Shown: piece by piece, positions 46,576 to 55,373 of the stretch
Layout: each line of letters starts with the position of its first letter
Position numbering within the stretch: position 1 is the stretch's first letter
IMG/VR virus record: IMGVR_UViG_3300050120_000230
Coordinates: 1 to 64,000 of that record
Length of the DNA stretch: 64,000 bases
Strand: one strand, 5' to 3'
Made by a program: the position numbers and the translations under genes
Notes under the pieces: generated by a model
Told to the model about the DNA's origin: nothing
Seen by the model: only the letters and a program-made list of their open reading frames with translations
Database searches by the model: none

Positions 46576-47880
46576 TTAAGACTTCGGCGGAAGACGATCT
46601 TTGATGTCTTCGATTTCAGCGCGCAGTTCTTTGACGGCTTCGATCAACAATGCCGCGAGGTTGCCGTAGGCGACCGACAGCAAGCCGTTCGTTTGTTCGT
46701 GAACGACTTGCGGCATGATTTCCTGCATTTCTTGCGCGATAACACCGATTTGCTCGGGGTTGCCAGCAATATCAGCGCGCTTGAAGTAAGTGCCGCGCAG
46801 CATATCGACCTTGTCGAGAGCATTCTCGATAGTGCGGATGTCATACTTGATGGTCACGTCGGACAAGCTGGTGATTTCACCCACGGCCGTGATCTGGCCG
46901 CCGACGAACAGATCACCGCCAATGTTGGCATTGTCTGCGACGATCAAATTGTTGTTGATCGTCAGTTGGCCCGACATCGTGTCGCCGGTCTTCTGAACAG
47001 CGTTGGCGTCAGAGCCGGTGGCATTGGCCAACAGGGCGGACAGGCCGACGACGTTGTTTGCGACGGTGTAGACATTGGAGACACCACCGTGGTCGGTGAT
47101 GCTCGTGTTCGAGATAGCGTATGCGAAATCGGAGCGGATCATGGCATCGTTGGCGATGCGATCCGTGATTTCCTGATTGAGTGCATTGGCCGTGAACGTT
47201 GCGGTCGTCAGCGCATTCGCGGCATCGGCGGAAGCATTTGCTGAATCGGCCACGGCGTTGTCGATCAAGCTGCCGAACATACCCACGGTGTTCGCGAGGT
47301 CGTTCAAGGCGTCTTGGTTGACGAAAATGTTGTCGATCTCAGCTTGCAGCGCGGTATCTGCGTTCGCACGCAGGGTTTCTTCGGTGCTCAGTGCACCCGC
47401 AAGTGACGACAGAGCCGAGTTGGCGATGGCAAACTGTCCAGTGACGTAGCTCAACGGCACGGCATCGGTAGGCAGAGTCGGAGAATAGCCCAGTGTCAGC
47501 TTCGTGGTGATCGTCATGGTTGAGAGCGTGACGAGACCGGCCGCATCCTTAAAAATGCCCGAACGCCAGCCAGAACCATTGTAGAATTGAATGCCGGTAG
47601 ACGGATCGTAGCGGATCATGCCGGTGAGCGGCGTGCCGGGATCACCGATGGGCAAAACCAGTCCGTTGTCCTTGTAGGACCCGGTCAGGATGACATCGGC
47701 GCCGGACATCGTGGCCGCCAGTGCAACGATGCTGTTCGCATCGCTGTGCATGATTTGCAGACGTTCGACAGCGGTTTTGATGATCGCGAAGTTGTCGCGG
47801 AACTGCTGTGACGACTGATCCACGTTCGGCAGGGGGAAACCTGCGCTGAAAACAATATTTTGGCCGCTGTCGATACCCAT
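46576..47880 (-). CDS. Tail fibre with C-terminal intramolecular chaperone (peptidase S74) domain
   Basis: SDVTIKYDI..IENALDKV..LRG, IGVIAQE, LSVAYGNLAALLIEAVKEL; KTGDTMSG. Confidence 0.85.
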   Translation of the reverse strand: MGIDSGQNIVFSAGFPLPNVDQSSQQFRDNFAIIKTAVERLQIMHSDANSIVALAATMSGADVILTGSYKDNGLVLPIGDPGTPLTGMIRYDPSTGIQFYNGSGWRSGIFKDAAGLVTLSTMTITTKLTLGYSPTLPTDAVPLSYVTGQFAIANSALSSLAGALSTEETLRANADTALQAEIDNIFVNQDALNDLANTVGMFGSLIDNAVADSANASADAANALTTATFTANALNQEITDRIANDAMIRSDFAYAISNTSITDHGGVSNVYTVANNVVGLSALLANATGSDANAVQKTGDTMSGQLTINNNLIVADNANIGGDLFVGGQITAVGEITSLSDVTIKYDIRTIENALDKVDMLRGTYFKRADIAGNPEQIGVIAQEMQEIMPQVVHEQTNGLLSVAYGNLAALLIEAVKELRAEIEDIKDRLPPKS

Positions 47881-47902
47881 GAGGATATTTATCCGCGACG
47901 GG

Positions 47903-49987
47903 TCAGGTGCTCGTGGTGTTGAACTTCGCTCTATTCATGCGGAAGAACTTGCCTTCGGTGAACACCAGCGTGTCGAGACGAACCGTGTTCTGATCGAACG
48001 TGGTAGTTGCACCATCAAACGTCGTCTGGATGCCCATGGTCTGGAAAATCATGAAATATTGGTCGAACTCAACTTCGTGACCATCGCGAACTGGATCGCT
48101 GCTGTCAGTTGCCCGTGCGGCCGGAACTGAACGCAGGGAGATACGGTCGAGCACGCCTTGCCCGGTTCCCGGTTGCAGATAAGCCAGCACCACAGCCGGA
48201 ATGTAGCCTAGAGCCGTGGACGCATCGGTTCCGGTCTGCGGGCACGTCATCCACAGCGGGAGGTTCTCAGGGCCTTTGAGGCTCATGTCGTGAGTTTCAG
48301 TCGGATCGAGCGCCGGGAAGCCCAATGCATTCACGAACTCGGCGCGGATGTTGTTGATGCTGGACGGATGAATGAACGTCGTATTCGACGGCGTAGATTG
48401 CGGGTAGCGAACAGGAGACTCGACGGGCACACCGTCTGTCACGGTCCAACCGCCAGCGTGTTCCAGAGGATCAACCACTTCGCGATAGAGCACCTCGTAA
48501 ATCACCACGCCGTCGATCTTGGCAAATGCGATCTTGTGATCTCCCAGTCGAAGTTTGACCGGACCATCGAGATTTGACGCACGAACTGTCTGCTCAAGCA
48601 CGGAAGCATTTCCTTGCAGGCCACCGGCCAAGAAAATGCTCATGCTCGAAGTCACACCGGCCGGGCCGTAGTTCGGGTCCTGCTGGCGGAAATATTCTTC
48701 TGCGTTGATGACCGACGAATAGTAGGTCGTCAGCGGTGTGGTCGTCTTCACACGGACCTTGAACGTCATGTTGAAGAAGGTCTCAACGCTGTAGCGGCTC
48801 AGAACCTTGATCGAGAATTGGCGATCTTGGAACGTGTCGCTCACCTGTGCGCGGATCGTGAACGTAAACGTCTGGTCAGCCGGGATATGGGCCAAAATGC
48901 CTTCGATGTCGCCGGTTGCCGTATTCAACGACAAGCCGGGCGGCAAGGGAGAATTGTTGGAGGCCAGTGAATAGACCACAGGTTCGCCGGTGGTGCAGGT
49001 TGCCCGCACACCAATCGGAAACGCTTGTGCTTCGGGCAATGTGGCCAGCAGCCCGGCAGGCGTGACCCACAGGATGAAGCGCAGCGGCTCCAAGGCGCTG
49101 AAGGGCGGCGAAATCTCGATCATGAACGTCTTCGGCGTGGCGCCGGAACCCGTCGTGATCGGGTTGCCCCGGTTGTCGAGCATTTCAATCGTGAAGAAGT
49201 ATTTCCCAAGCTGGGCATCGGCCGCGATGGTGCCGCTCACGACTCCCGTGTGCGGATCGACGCTCAAGCCCGGAGGAAGCGTGTTGAACGGCGAAACGAT
49301 GTCGGTCGCACCGATGAACGTTTCGACAACCAACGTAGGCGGCAGGCCGCCCGGTTGAGAGATTGCGATCTGATATACAAAGGGCGTTCCACGGGTCGTT
49401 GCACCAATTGGAACGAAATCAAACGCCGATGGTTGTGCTTGTTGAGTCTGCTCCGGCGGCAGGCTGCCCCATGACGGGGGCGCCGCTTGAACCGTAGCCG
49501 GGTCAGCTTCGATGGAGAAACTGCGATCTCGCGAGTAGGTTCCATCGGAAATACGCACGGCAAAGCTATAGGTCAGAGACGGACCATCTGTCGGAAGCAC
49601 ACCGACTTTACCCGAAATCTCACCCGTCGAAGACAACGACAGGCCGGGCGGCAAATTGTCGTGCAGCATGGAATACGAGATGGGCTCCGACGTGGTCAGG
49701 TCAACGACATCGGTGTTGCTCAGAGCATTATGAAACTCAATCGCATTGGCGATCAAGGTATAGGCAGTATTTGCCAAAGACTGACTGTTGAGTTGCACCT
49801 CGGTGAGGAAGGACACACTTGGGCCAATGTGAACGATGGTGTTACCAAATGCTAGGATAGCATCGGAATCATCGCCCATGAACTTAGCTTTACGGGAGGC
49901 CGCAAGCGTTTGGGACACCAAATCGTTCTCGGTAACGGGAGTCAAAGCGCCCGCAAGTGTCGTCCAAACAGGGTAAAAGGTGACCAT
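47903..49987 (-). CDS. Virion protein with putative Ig repeats
   Basis: Three LPPGLS(L/V) units; TAAATA 5 nt upstream. Confidence 0.8.
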   Translation of the reverse strand: MVTFYPVWTTLAGALTPVTENDLVSQTLAASRKAKFMGDDSDAILAFGNTIVHIGPSVSFLTEVQLNSQSLANTAYTLIANAIEFHNALSNTDVVDLTTSEPISYSMLHDNLPPGLSLSSTGEISGKVGVLPTDGPSLTYSFAVRISDGTYSRDRSFSIEADPATVQAAPPSWGSLPPEQTQQAQPSAFDFVPIGATTRGTPFVYQIAISQPGGLPPTLVVETFIGATDIVSPFNTLPPGLSVDPHTGVVSGTIAADAQLGKYFFTIEMLDNRGNPITTGSGATPKTFMIEISPPFSALEPLRFILWVTPAGLLATLPEAQAFPIGVRATCTTGEPVVYSLASNNSPLPPGLSLNTATGDIEGILAHIPADQTFTFTIRAQVSDTFQDRQFSIKVLSRYSVETFFNMTFKVRVKTTTPLTTYYSSVINAEEYFRQQDPNYGPAGVTSSMSIFLAGGLQGNASVLEQTVRASNLDGPVKLRLGDHKIAFAKIDGVVIYEVLYREVVDPLEHAGGWTVTDGVPVESPVRYPQSTPSNTTFIHPSSINNIRAEFVNALGFPALDPTETHDMSLKGPENLPLWMTCPQTGTDASTALGYIPAVVLAYLQPGTGQGVLDRISLRSVPAARATDSSDPVRDGHEVEFDQYFMIFQTMGIQTTFDGATTTFDQNTVRLDTLVFTEGKFFRMNRAKFNTTST

Positions 49988-50220
49988 GCCCTTATTTATG
50001 GAACTGGAAAAATCCTCGTATTCCTAATTTTGGTTTCCCACTTGCTCGTAAACCAAATTAGGCGTAAACAGTCCCGTTGCTCCAAGGTAACTCCATCTTG
50101 GATGGCTATAATGAATGCATTTTCACCACTCGCTTTATCCAAGATGGAAAACCCCGCTGTGGGGCTTTCTCGGCACCCCCGATGCCTAAAGGCACGGGCA
50201 AGAAAGGATGAGGTTCAGCG

Positions 50221-51123
50221 ATGAATTTCAAACTGACGTTCAATAGGCCAGCCGTCCGGCAATTCATCGAAGGTGGTGAAGGGCGAGGGCTGAAGATCAA
50301 GATCGAGAACGGCACCGTGATGTTCATGCCGTCGAATGTCGATGGCGATGACACTGCCTCTCTCAACCCTCGAACACGCGGTGGATATGAGTCCATCGTG
50401 GAAGGTTCCGGCGCTGACGAGGTGCTCAAGCATCTCAACAACCCCTCCGGTCCCTTCTTCGTCCTTCGCCGCGTCGGCAAGGACTGGGTCGCCGCCGAGC
50501 CGTATCACGGCAAGGACGCTCCCCCGAAGTTCGAACCCCACGTCCGGGTTTGGCACTCTTCTCAACCCAAGCACGTCACCAAGAAGACTTCGGCTCCCAA
50601 ACGAGCCACCCCGAAAGCTCAAGTCGTCGCTGCCGAGCCGATGGACATCGCCGACCGCGTTCGGTGGGCCTACACCAAGCTCGGCGAAGAACGCCGCCCC
50701 GGCCGCCCTTCCCGCGAGTTCATGGAAGCCCGGCAGATCAAAGACTCTTTCGAAGCTGTCGCCGTGGAGTTCATCTCCGATCTCGGCACGAAGATCGACG
50801 TGAAGGCGGCTGTCGAAGCTCACCGTCAACTCACGGCTTTCCTCGCCATCGCGGCGCCGGAAGCCTTGCTGCAAGGTGATGCTCCGATCAAGAAGCGCGC
50901 GCCTCGCAAGGCGAAAGTCGTCGAGGAAGCCAAGATCGTCGAACCGGCGGCCGAGATGGTCCGCACCAACGGCAAGACCGACGACGAAGAATCGGAAGGT
51001 CAAATCCGCGAAGCCTTGCAGAAGCTCGGCCTCGAAGAAAAGCCCGGCCCGCGTTCCAAGCGTATCCGTGGCCGCGTCCAAGTCGATGCGTTCAACGGCG
51101 TCCACGATCTGGCCACCGCTTAG
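50221..51123 (+). CDS. Basic Lys/Ala/Pro-rich hypothetical protein
   Basis: Strong codon bias, GAGG SD, terminator downstream. Confidence 0.75.
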   Translation: MNFKLTFNRPAVRQFIEGGEGRGLKIKIENGTVMFMPSNVDGDDTASLNPRTRGGYESIVEGSGADEVLKHLNNPSGPFFVLRRVGKDWVAAEPYHGKDAPPKFEPHVRVWHSSQPKHVTKKTSAPKRATPKAQVVAAEPMDIADRVRWAYTKLGEERRPGRPSREFMEARQIKDSFEAVAVEFISDLGTKIDVKAAVEAHRQLTAFLAIAAPEALLQGDAPIKKRAPRKAKVVEEAKIVEPAAEMVRTNGKTDDEESEGQIREALQKLGLEEKPGPRSKRIRGRVQVDAFNGVHDLATA

Positions 51124-51147
51124 TCTTCTCTACCCTGCGAACGGATG

Positions 51148-51174
51148 CGGCGTCCCATCACGGGGCGCCGTTTT
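51148..51174 (+). terminator. Intrinsic terminator
   Basis: CGGCGTCCC-ATCAC-GGGGCGCCG followed by TTTT. Confidence 0.75.
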
Positions 51175-51229
51175 CGTTTGACCAAGACTCGTCACTGCCT
51201 ATATTTGGTTTCCCAAATTGGAGCCTGTT

Positions 51230-51937
51230 ATGAGTCACGCCTTTTACAACGTCGGCGGCCTACGTTTTTGGACGGAGCGGGAAATCCGCGTCCGCGAGCA
51301 AGCAATCGCCACGCTGCACGGGGAACTTAGTGCTGCGCTCCTGTCGCTGAACTCGGCTTGGACCTTTCATCGCATGGAAGGCCCTTTGCTGACCCCCAGA
51401 TCGTTCATAAGCCCTGCTTACGACGATAGTGACATCTTCCTGCTCGAAGCCAAGTTGGGCGACCAGCAAGGCTCCCTGCGTGCGGAGACGACTGCATCGA
51501 GCTATCTCTACGCCGAACATCTCCTGAAGACCGGCACCCGGCCGCCGGTGTGCGTCTGGCAGGCGGGCAAGTCCTTCCGCCGGGAAACCAACGACGGTGC
51601 GCGAGCGTCCGAACTTCGGTTCAACGAGTTCTACCAGATCGAGTTTCAGTGCATCTACAAGGTGGACACTAAGGCCGACGTGCGCGGCTGTGCTGAAGAG
51701 GCGGTCAGCAAGGCGATCAAGAACATTACGCGGGCTAGCTATCTCCGAATGGTGGACAGTGACCGACTTCCTGCCTACTCGCAGAAAACCAACGACGTGG
51801 AAGTGCTCTACGGCGACAAGTGGAAAGAGATGTGTTCGATCTCCACCCGCACAGACTTCCCGGTCGAAAATATGTTGGTGCTCGAAGTCGCCGTTGGCCT
51901 TGATCGGCTGGTGGTCGTGGAGAGTGAGGCGGCCTGA
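51230..51937 (+). CDS. Minimal class II aaRS catalytic core, GlyRS (alpha2 type)-like
   Basis: LRAETT, QAGKSFRRE (motif 2), LRFNEFYQIEFQ, WKEMCSIS.RTDF, VLEVAVGLDRL (motif 3); no anticodon domain. Confidence 0.8.
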   Translation: MSHAFYNVGGLRFWTEREIRVREQAIATLHGELSAALLSLNSAWTFHRMEGPLLTPRSFISPAYDDSDIFLLEAKLGDQQGSLRAETTASSYLYAEHLLKTGTRPPVCVWQAGKSFRRETNDGARASELRFNEFYQIEFQCIYKVDTKADVRGCAEEAVSKAIKNITRASYLRMVDSDRLPAYSQKTNDVEVLYGDKWKEMCSISTRTDFPVENMLVLEVAVGLDRLVVVESEAA

Positions 51938-52230
51938 TGGCCTATGGTGAATTGAAGCAGAACCTTGCAGTCGGCCAGTTTGTTCGAATTGGCCAGACTG
52001 GGAGCCCAGAACTCGATGGGATGATCTGCCGAGTTCTCGGGATATCGAACAGCGAAGCTACCTGCGATTTCTATATCGTGCTGTTTTCGAAGAAACTCTC
52101 ATTCACGAATGACATGGCCGGTGTCATCATTGAAAGCTGTTTGGAGCCTGCGGATGTTGAATGCCGGAGAATGGGTGCGGCTGGAACAGGCCCTCTCGGA
52201 AGTGACTGTGCATCACGAGCATTTTCCTGA
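51937..52230 (+). CDS. Hypothetical protein
   Basis: TGATG-coupled ORF. Confidence 0.5.
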   Translation: MAYGELKQNLAVGQFVRIGQTGSPELDGMICRVLGISNSEATCDFYIVLFSKKLSFTNDMAGVIIESCLEPADVECRRMGAAGTGPLGSDCASRAFS

Positions 52231-52400
52231 ATGCTTGCGCTACCGGAAACAGTTCAGTGCCATGGTATGGGATCAACTTTCTCTCAATGATCGCGTGGGA
52301 CTTGCGGCAGAGCATCTCTTCCATTGCGGGGTGATGGGCGGCGCGGCCAAAATCATCCACCAAGCCTACATTAAACTTTGCACTGGCCGGTGAGTAGTGC

Positions 52401-52406
52401 TAAATA
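52401..52406 (+). promoter_or_regulatory. Late promoter TAAATA driving the leader peptide-tRNA unit
   Basis: Same motif and 5-nt spacing as at other late genes. Confidence 0.75.
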
Positions 52407-52411
52407 GAGGC

Positions 52412-52459
52412 ATGTCCCACTCGGTGCACATTTCGAGACGCAACAGGCGAAGAGCCTAA
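52412..52459 (+). CDS. Candidate leader peptide MSHSVHISRRNRRRA
   Basis: TAAATA 5 nt upstream of the ATG; Arg codons AGA CGC (AAC) AGG CGA AGA. Confidence 0.65.
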   Translation: MSHSVHISRRNRRRA

Positions 52460-52487
52460 CTTGCTTGACGCCGCAAGGCGTCCTCAT

Positions 52488-52559
52488 GTGCCCGTAGTTC
52501 AGTGGAAGAACGCCTTTTTTCTAAATTGGTCGTCGCAGGTTCGAACCCTGCCGGGCATT
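52488..52559 (+). tRNA. tRNA-Arg(UCU), imperfect anticodon stem
   Basis: Acceptor GTGCCCG/CGGGCAT, D arm GTTC/GAAC, T arm GCAGG-TTCGAAC-CCTGC, anticodon TCT at 52520-52522; two U-U mismatches; no encoded CCA. Confidence 0.8.
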
Positions 52560-52563
52560 CAAT

Positions 52564-52639
52564 GATCCTTTAGCTCAACAGGAAGAGCGCATCTTTCCTA
52601 AAGATGAGGTTGCTGGTTCGAGCCCAGCAAGGGTCGCCA
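52564..52639 (+). tRNA. tRNA-Arg(CCU)
   Basis: Full cloverleaf, anticodon arm CATCT-TTCCTAA-AGATG, A20, discriminator G, encoded CCA. Confidence 0.95.
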
Positions 52640-52849
52640 CTAACTCAGCGGATAGTAGCGCGGAGGATTGTAATCCTTGCCGCCGAATGTTTTGAGAATG
52701 GCTGCCTCATCGGCCGCAAGGCGAAAGACAAATCCCTCGCCGTTGAGACGATGGACATGTTTCTGTTGAAGCTGATCCACCATTGTCCCAAGCGCAGGCG
52801 AAGCATCATATTCTTCAAACGAAACGAAGATGTCGAACTTCTCAGTCAT
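52640..52849 (-). CDS. Hypothetical protein
   Basis: Short ORF ending a minus-strand operon. Confidence 0.5.
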   Translation of the reverse strand: MTEKFDIFVSFEEYDASPALGTMVDQLQQKHVHRLNGEGFVFRLAADEAAILKTFGGKDYNPPRYYPLS

Positions 52850-52996
52850 AGTCGAAGGGATTCCAACCACCACGAATACGGTCGCGCTCGGCGTCCTCGT
52901 GATTGTCCTGACAACCTATGCACCGGCTATCGACCAGCAAGTCTGGATCGAAAGTTTCGAAATCACAATCGACACAGTAGTAAGTCAGACCGAGCA

Positions 52997-53317
52997 TCAG
53001 ACGCTTTCGAGCTTGACCCCAAGGATCATGGCCATGGCCTGCATGATGTCGCCGCCATAGCAATGACCGCTACCGTAGCCACCATCACCGAGCTTGGGAG
53101 AGAACGTGTCGCTCGAACTAGCGAGTTCGTTCTTCTTCTCCCACTTGTCGTAGTTCTTCCAGAGCTTTTCCTGCTCACGCTCCGGCACGTCCGTATCGTC
53201 GATGTCGAAAGGATTTTCTGACGGATGCACTCGGTAGAGCCGCCAGTAGTCGTTATCGATGATGGCGACGCAACCGGGGTTGTCCTTCAGAATCTTGATG
53301 AGATTCCGCTTAGCCAT
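52997..53317 (-). CDS. Hypothetical protein
   Basis: Starts MAKRNLIKILKDNPGC; overlaps the peptidase stop. Confidence 0.65.
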   Translation of the reverse strand: MAKRNLIKILKDNPGCVAIIDNDYWRLYRVHPSENPFDIDDTDVPEREQEKLWKNYDKWEKKNELASSSDTFSPKLGDGGYGSGHCYGGDIMQAMAMILGVKLESV

Positions 53318-54620
53318 TGAGTGCAGCCGCCACCAACGAGGTATAGTCCTTGGGGGCGGCGTTCCCGGCGACGACCACGGTGGTCTTGCCGGTGACCAGT
53401 TGCTTCGCGGCGGCGATGATATCGTCCTTGGTGAGCGAGGTGTATTTCTGCACCGTTTCGCCCATCGTGATGACATTGCCGTCGTTGAAGAACATGTCGG
53501 TGGCCGCTTGGATGCCGACCGAACGAGTCGCTTCGGAGCGCATGACGATCTGGCGGACGACTTGGTTCTTGGCTCGCGTGAGATCGGTGTCGTCGAGTTC
53601 GCCGTTCGCGACCTTCTTCAGTTCGCCAACCGCGACGGTCAGGAACTCATCGACGTTCTCGGCGGCGGCCGATCCGCCGATCAGGAAAATGCTCCCATCG
53701 GCTTGCGGCGACATTCCGCAGCTAACCGAGTAGCAGAGGCCGCGCTTCTCGCGAACGTTCTGGAAGAGCGGCGAGGACATACCACTGCCGAGAACGTCGC
53801 TCAGCAGATCATAGGCAGCGAAATTGGCGTCGTAGTTGCCCGGCGCCGGGAGGCCGACGTAGAGATGGGCCTGTTCGAAACGACTGTCCTGCACGACGGT
53901 CTCGCCGCCGACGTAGTTCGAGGGCACCGAGGGGATCACGGTCTTGCCTTCGACATCGCTGAAACGCTTGGTGACTTCCGCCAAGAACTCGGCGTGGTCC
54001 ACGGCGCCGACTGCCAGCACGATCATGTTGTTCGCGTGGTAGTGCTTGTCCATGTAGGCGTCGAGGGCTGCCTTGTCGAAGCCCCGGACGTTTTCCTTCG
54101 GGCCGAGGATCGGGCGGCCCAGAGGTTGGTTCGGATAGGCCGTGCGGACCATCGCCTCGTAGGCGATGTCATGGATGTCGTCGTTGCTCTCGTTGATCTC
54201 TTCGACGACCACGCCCTGTTCGCGCTTCAGTTCTTCAGCCGGGAACGTGGAGTTCTTCAGAACGTCCGAGAGAATGTCCAGCGCCGGGACGATGTGATCC
54301 GGCAGGCCCATGACGTAGTAGGCGGTCATGTTGGAACTGGTGAAGGCATTGGGCGCCGCGCCGAGGTATTCCACCTCCAAGCTGATCTGCTTGGTGTTGC
54401 GGCTGGTCGTGCCCTTGAAGGCCATGTGTTCGAGGAAGTGAGAGATGCCGTTCTCCGCTTCGGTCTCGGAACGCGAGCCCACGCGGTTGAAAACGGACAC
54501 CATCACGGTGTGGATCGGACGCTTGACTGTGGCCACCCTCAACCCGTTGGCCAAGGTGGTGATCTCGACTGCTTCTGCGGCCGATTCGGATGCGGTGTGA
54601 TCCAGACTGAAATTGTGCAC
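53310..54620 (-). CDS. M16 (pitrilysin/MPP-like) zinc peptidase
   Basis: GSRSE...GISHFLEHMAFKGT (HxxEH), NAFTS, LGSGMSSPLFQNVREKRGLCY; AAGGAG SD. Confidence 0.95.
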   Translation of the reverse strand: MHNFSLDHTASESAAEAVEITTLANGLRVATVKRPIHTVMVSVFNRVGSRSETEAENGISHFLEHMAFKGTTSRNTKQISLEVEYLGAAPNAFTSSNMTAYYVMGLPDHIVPALDILSDVLKNSTFPAEELKREQGVVVEEINESNDDIHDIAYEAMVRTAYPNQPLGRPILGPKENVRGFDKAALDAYMDKHYHANNMIVLAVGAVDHAEFLAEVTKRFSDVEGKTVIPSVPSNYVGGETVVQDSRFEQAHLYVGLPAPGNYDANFAAYDLLSDVLGSGMSSPLFQNVREKRGLCYSVSCGMSPQADGSIFLIGGSAAAENVDEFLTVAVGELKKVANGELDDTDLTRAKNQVVRQIVMRSEATRSVGIQAATDMFFNDGNVITMGETVQKYTSLTKDDIIAAAKQLVTGKTTVVVAGNAAPKDYTSLVAAALNG

Positions 54621-54773
54621 GAAAACTCCTTTAACTGAATGCTCCCAAGGTAGGACGGTTAACCATTTTGGTCAACCAAATTATTTCCGCGCCAAATCCA
54701 TATCTGGATCAGAGATTAAGTCCTACCACCGAAGCGGTATTCGTCAACAAAAAGCGCCCCGCATAAATAAGGG

Positions 54774-55373
54774 ATGCCTCTCGATCTCGAAAAAATCCAA
54801 GACAGCCCTCACCTTCTGGACATCTTGCTTCAGATGGAAGACGTGCTCGACTCGCTCGACGTTTACGTCTTCAAGAACTGGTATCTCGGCGAGATCGCCG
54901 AGGGGCCGACTGTTCGCCGTTACTGGCTCGATTTCACGCTGAAATATCCTTACGATAAGATGCCCGACCCGAAAGCGGCCCTGCGGCTGCTCAAGCACGG
55001 CATCCGTGTGGACTTCTGGAAGGCGAAACTCGAAGACGGCGAGTTCAAAGACGCCGATCAGATGGAGAAAGAAGCCACGGCCGAAGAAGGCACTGAATCC
55101 GATCCGGCCAAAGACCCGGTGGAAGACACAGTCTGGATGGTCCGCATCAGCATCCCGCGCCGCCTTGCCGCGCAGATGTCCTCCGAAGAGATGGACTTCT
55201 ACGATGACGAAGTGGACGTGGACGACGTTGAAGACGCCAAGGACACCGGCATCGACGACGAGAGCGCCTACATGTCGGGTGAAGATGGTCAGCAGGCTCC
55301 GGGTGACCCGAATGCCCCGCCGCCGGGATCGCCTGACGATCAGCAGCAACCGCCGCCCGGAGGCCCCGCCTAA
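54774..55373 (+). CDS. Acidic late hypothetical protein
   Basis: TAAATA 4 nt upstream; YVFKNW..GE...GP...RYW, MPDP. Confidence 0.75.
   Translation: MPLDLEKIQDSPHLLDILLQMEDVLDSLDVYVFKNWYLGEIAEGPTVRRYWLDFTLKYPYDKMPDPKAALRLLKHGIRVDFWKAKLEDGEFKDADQMEKEATAEEGTESDPAKDPVEDTVWMVRISIPRRLAAQMSSEEMDFYDDEVDVDDVEDAKDTGIDDESAYMSGEDGQQAPGDPNAPPPGSPDDQQQPPPGGPA

Noticed and set aside
52518-52526. Reading the first tRNA as an amber suppressor (CUA)
   Set aside because: Standard spacing from the D arm places TCT at 34-36. The shifted register pairs worse, and A20 fits Arg.
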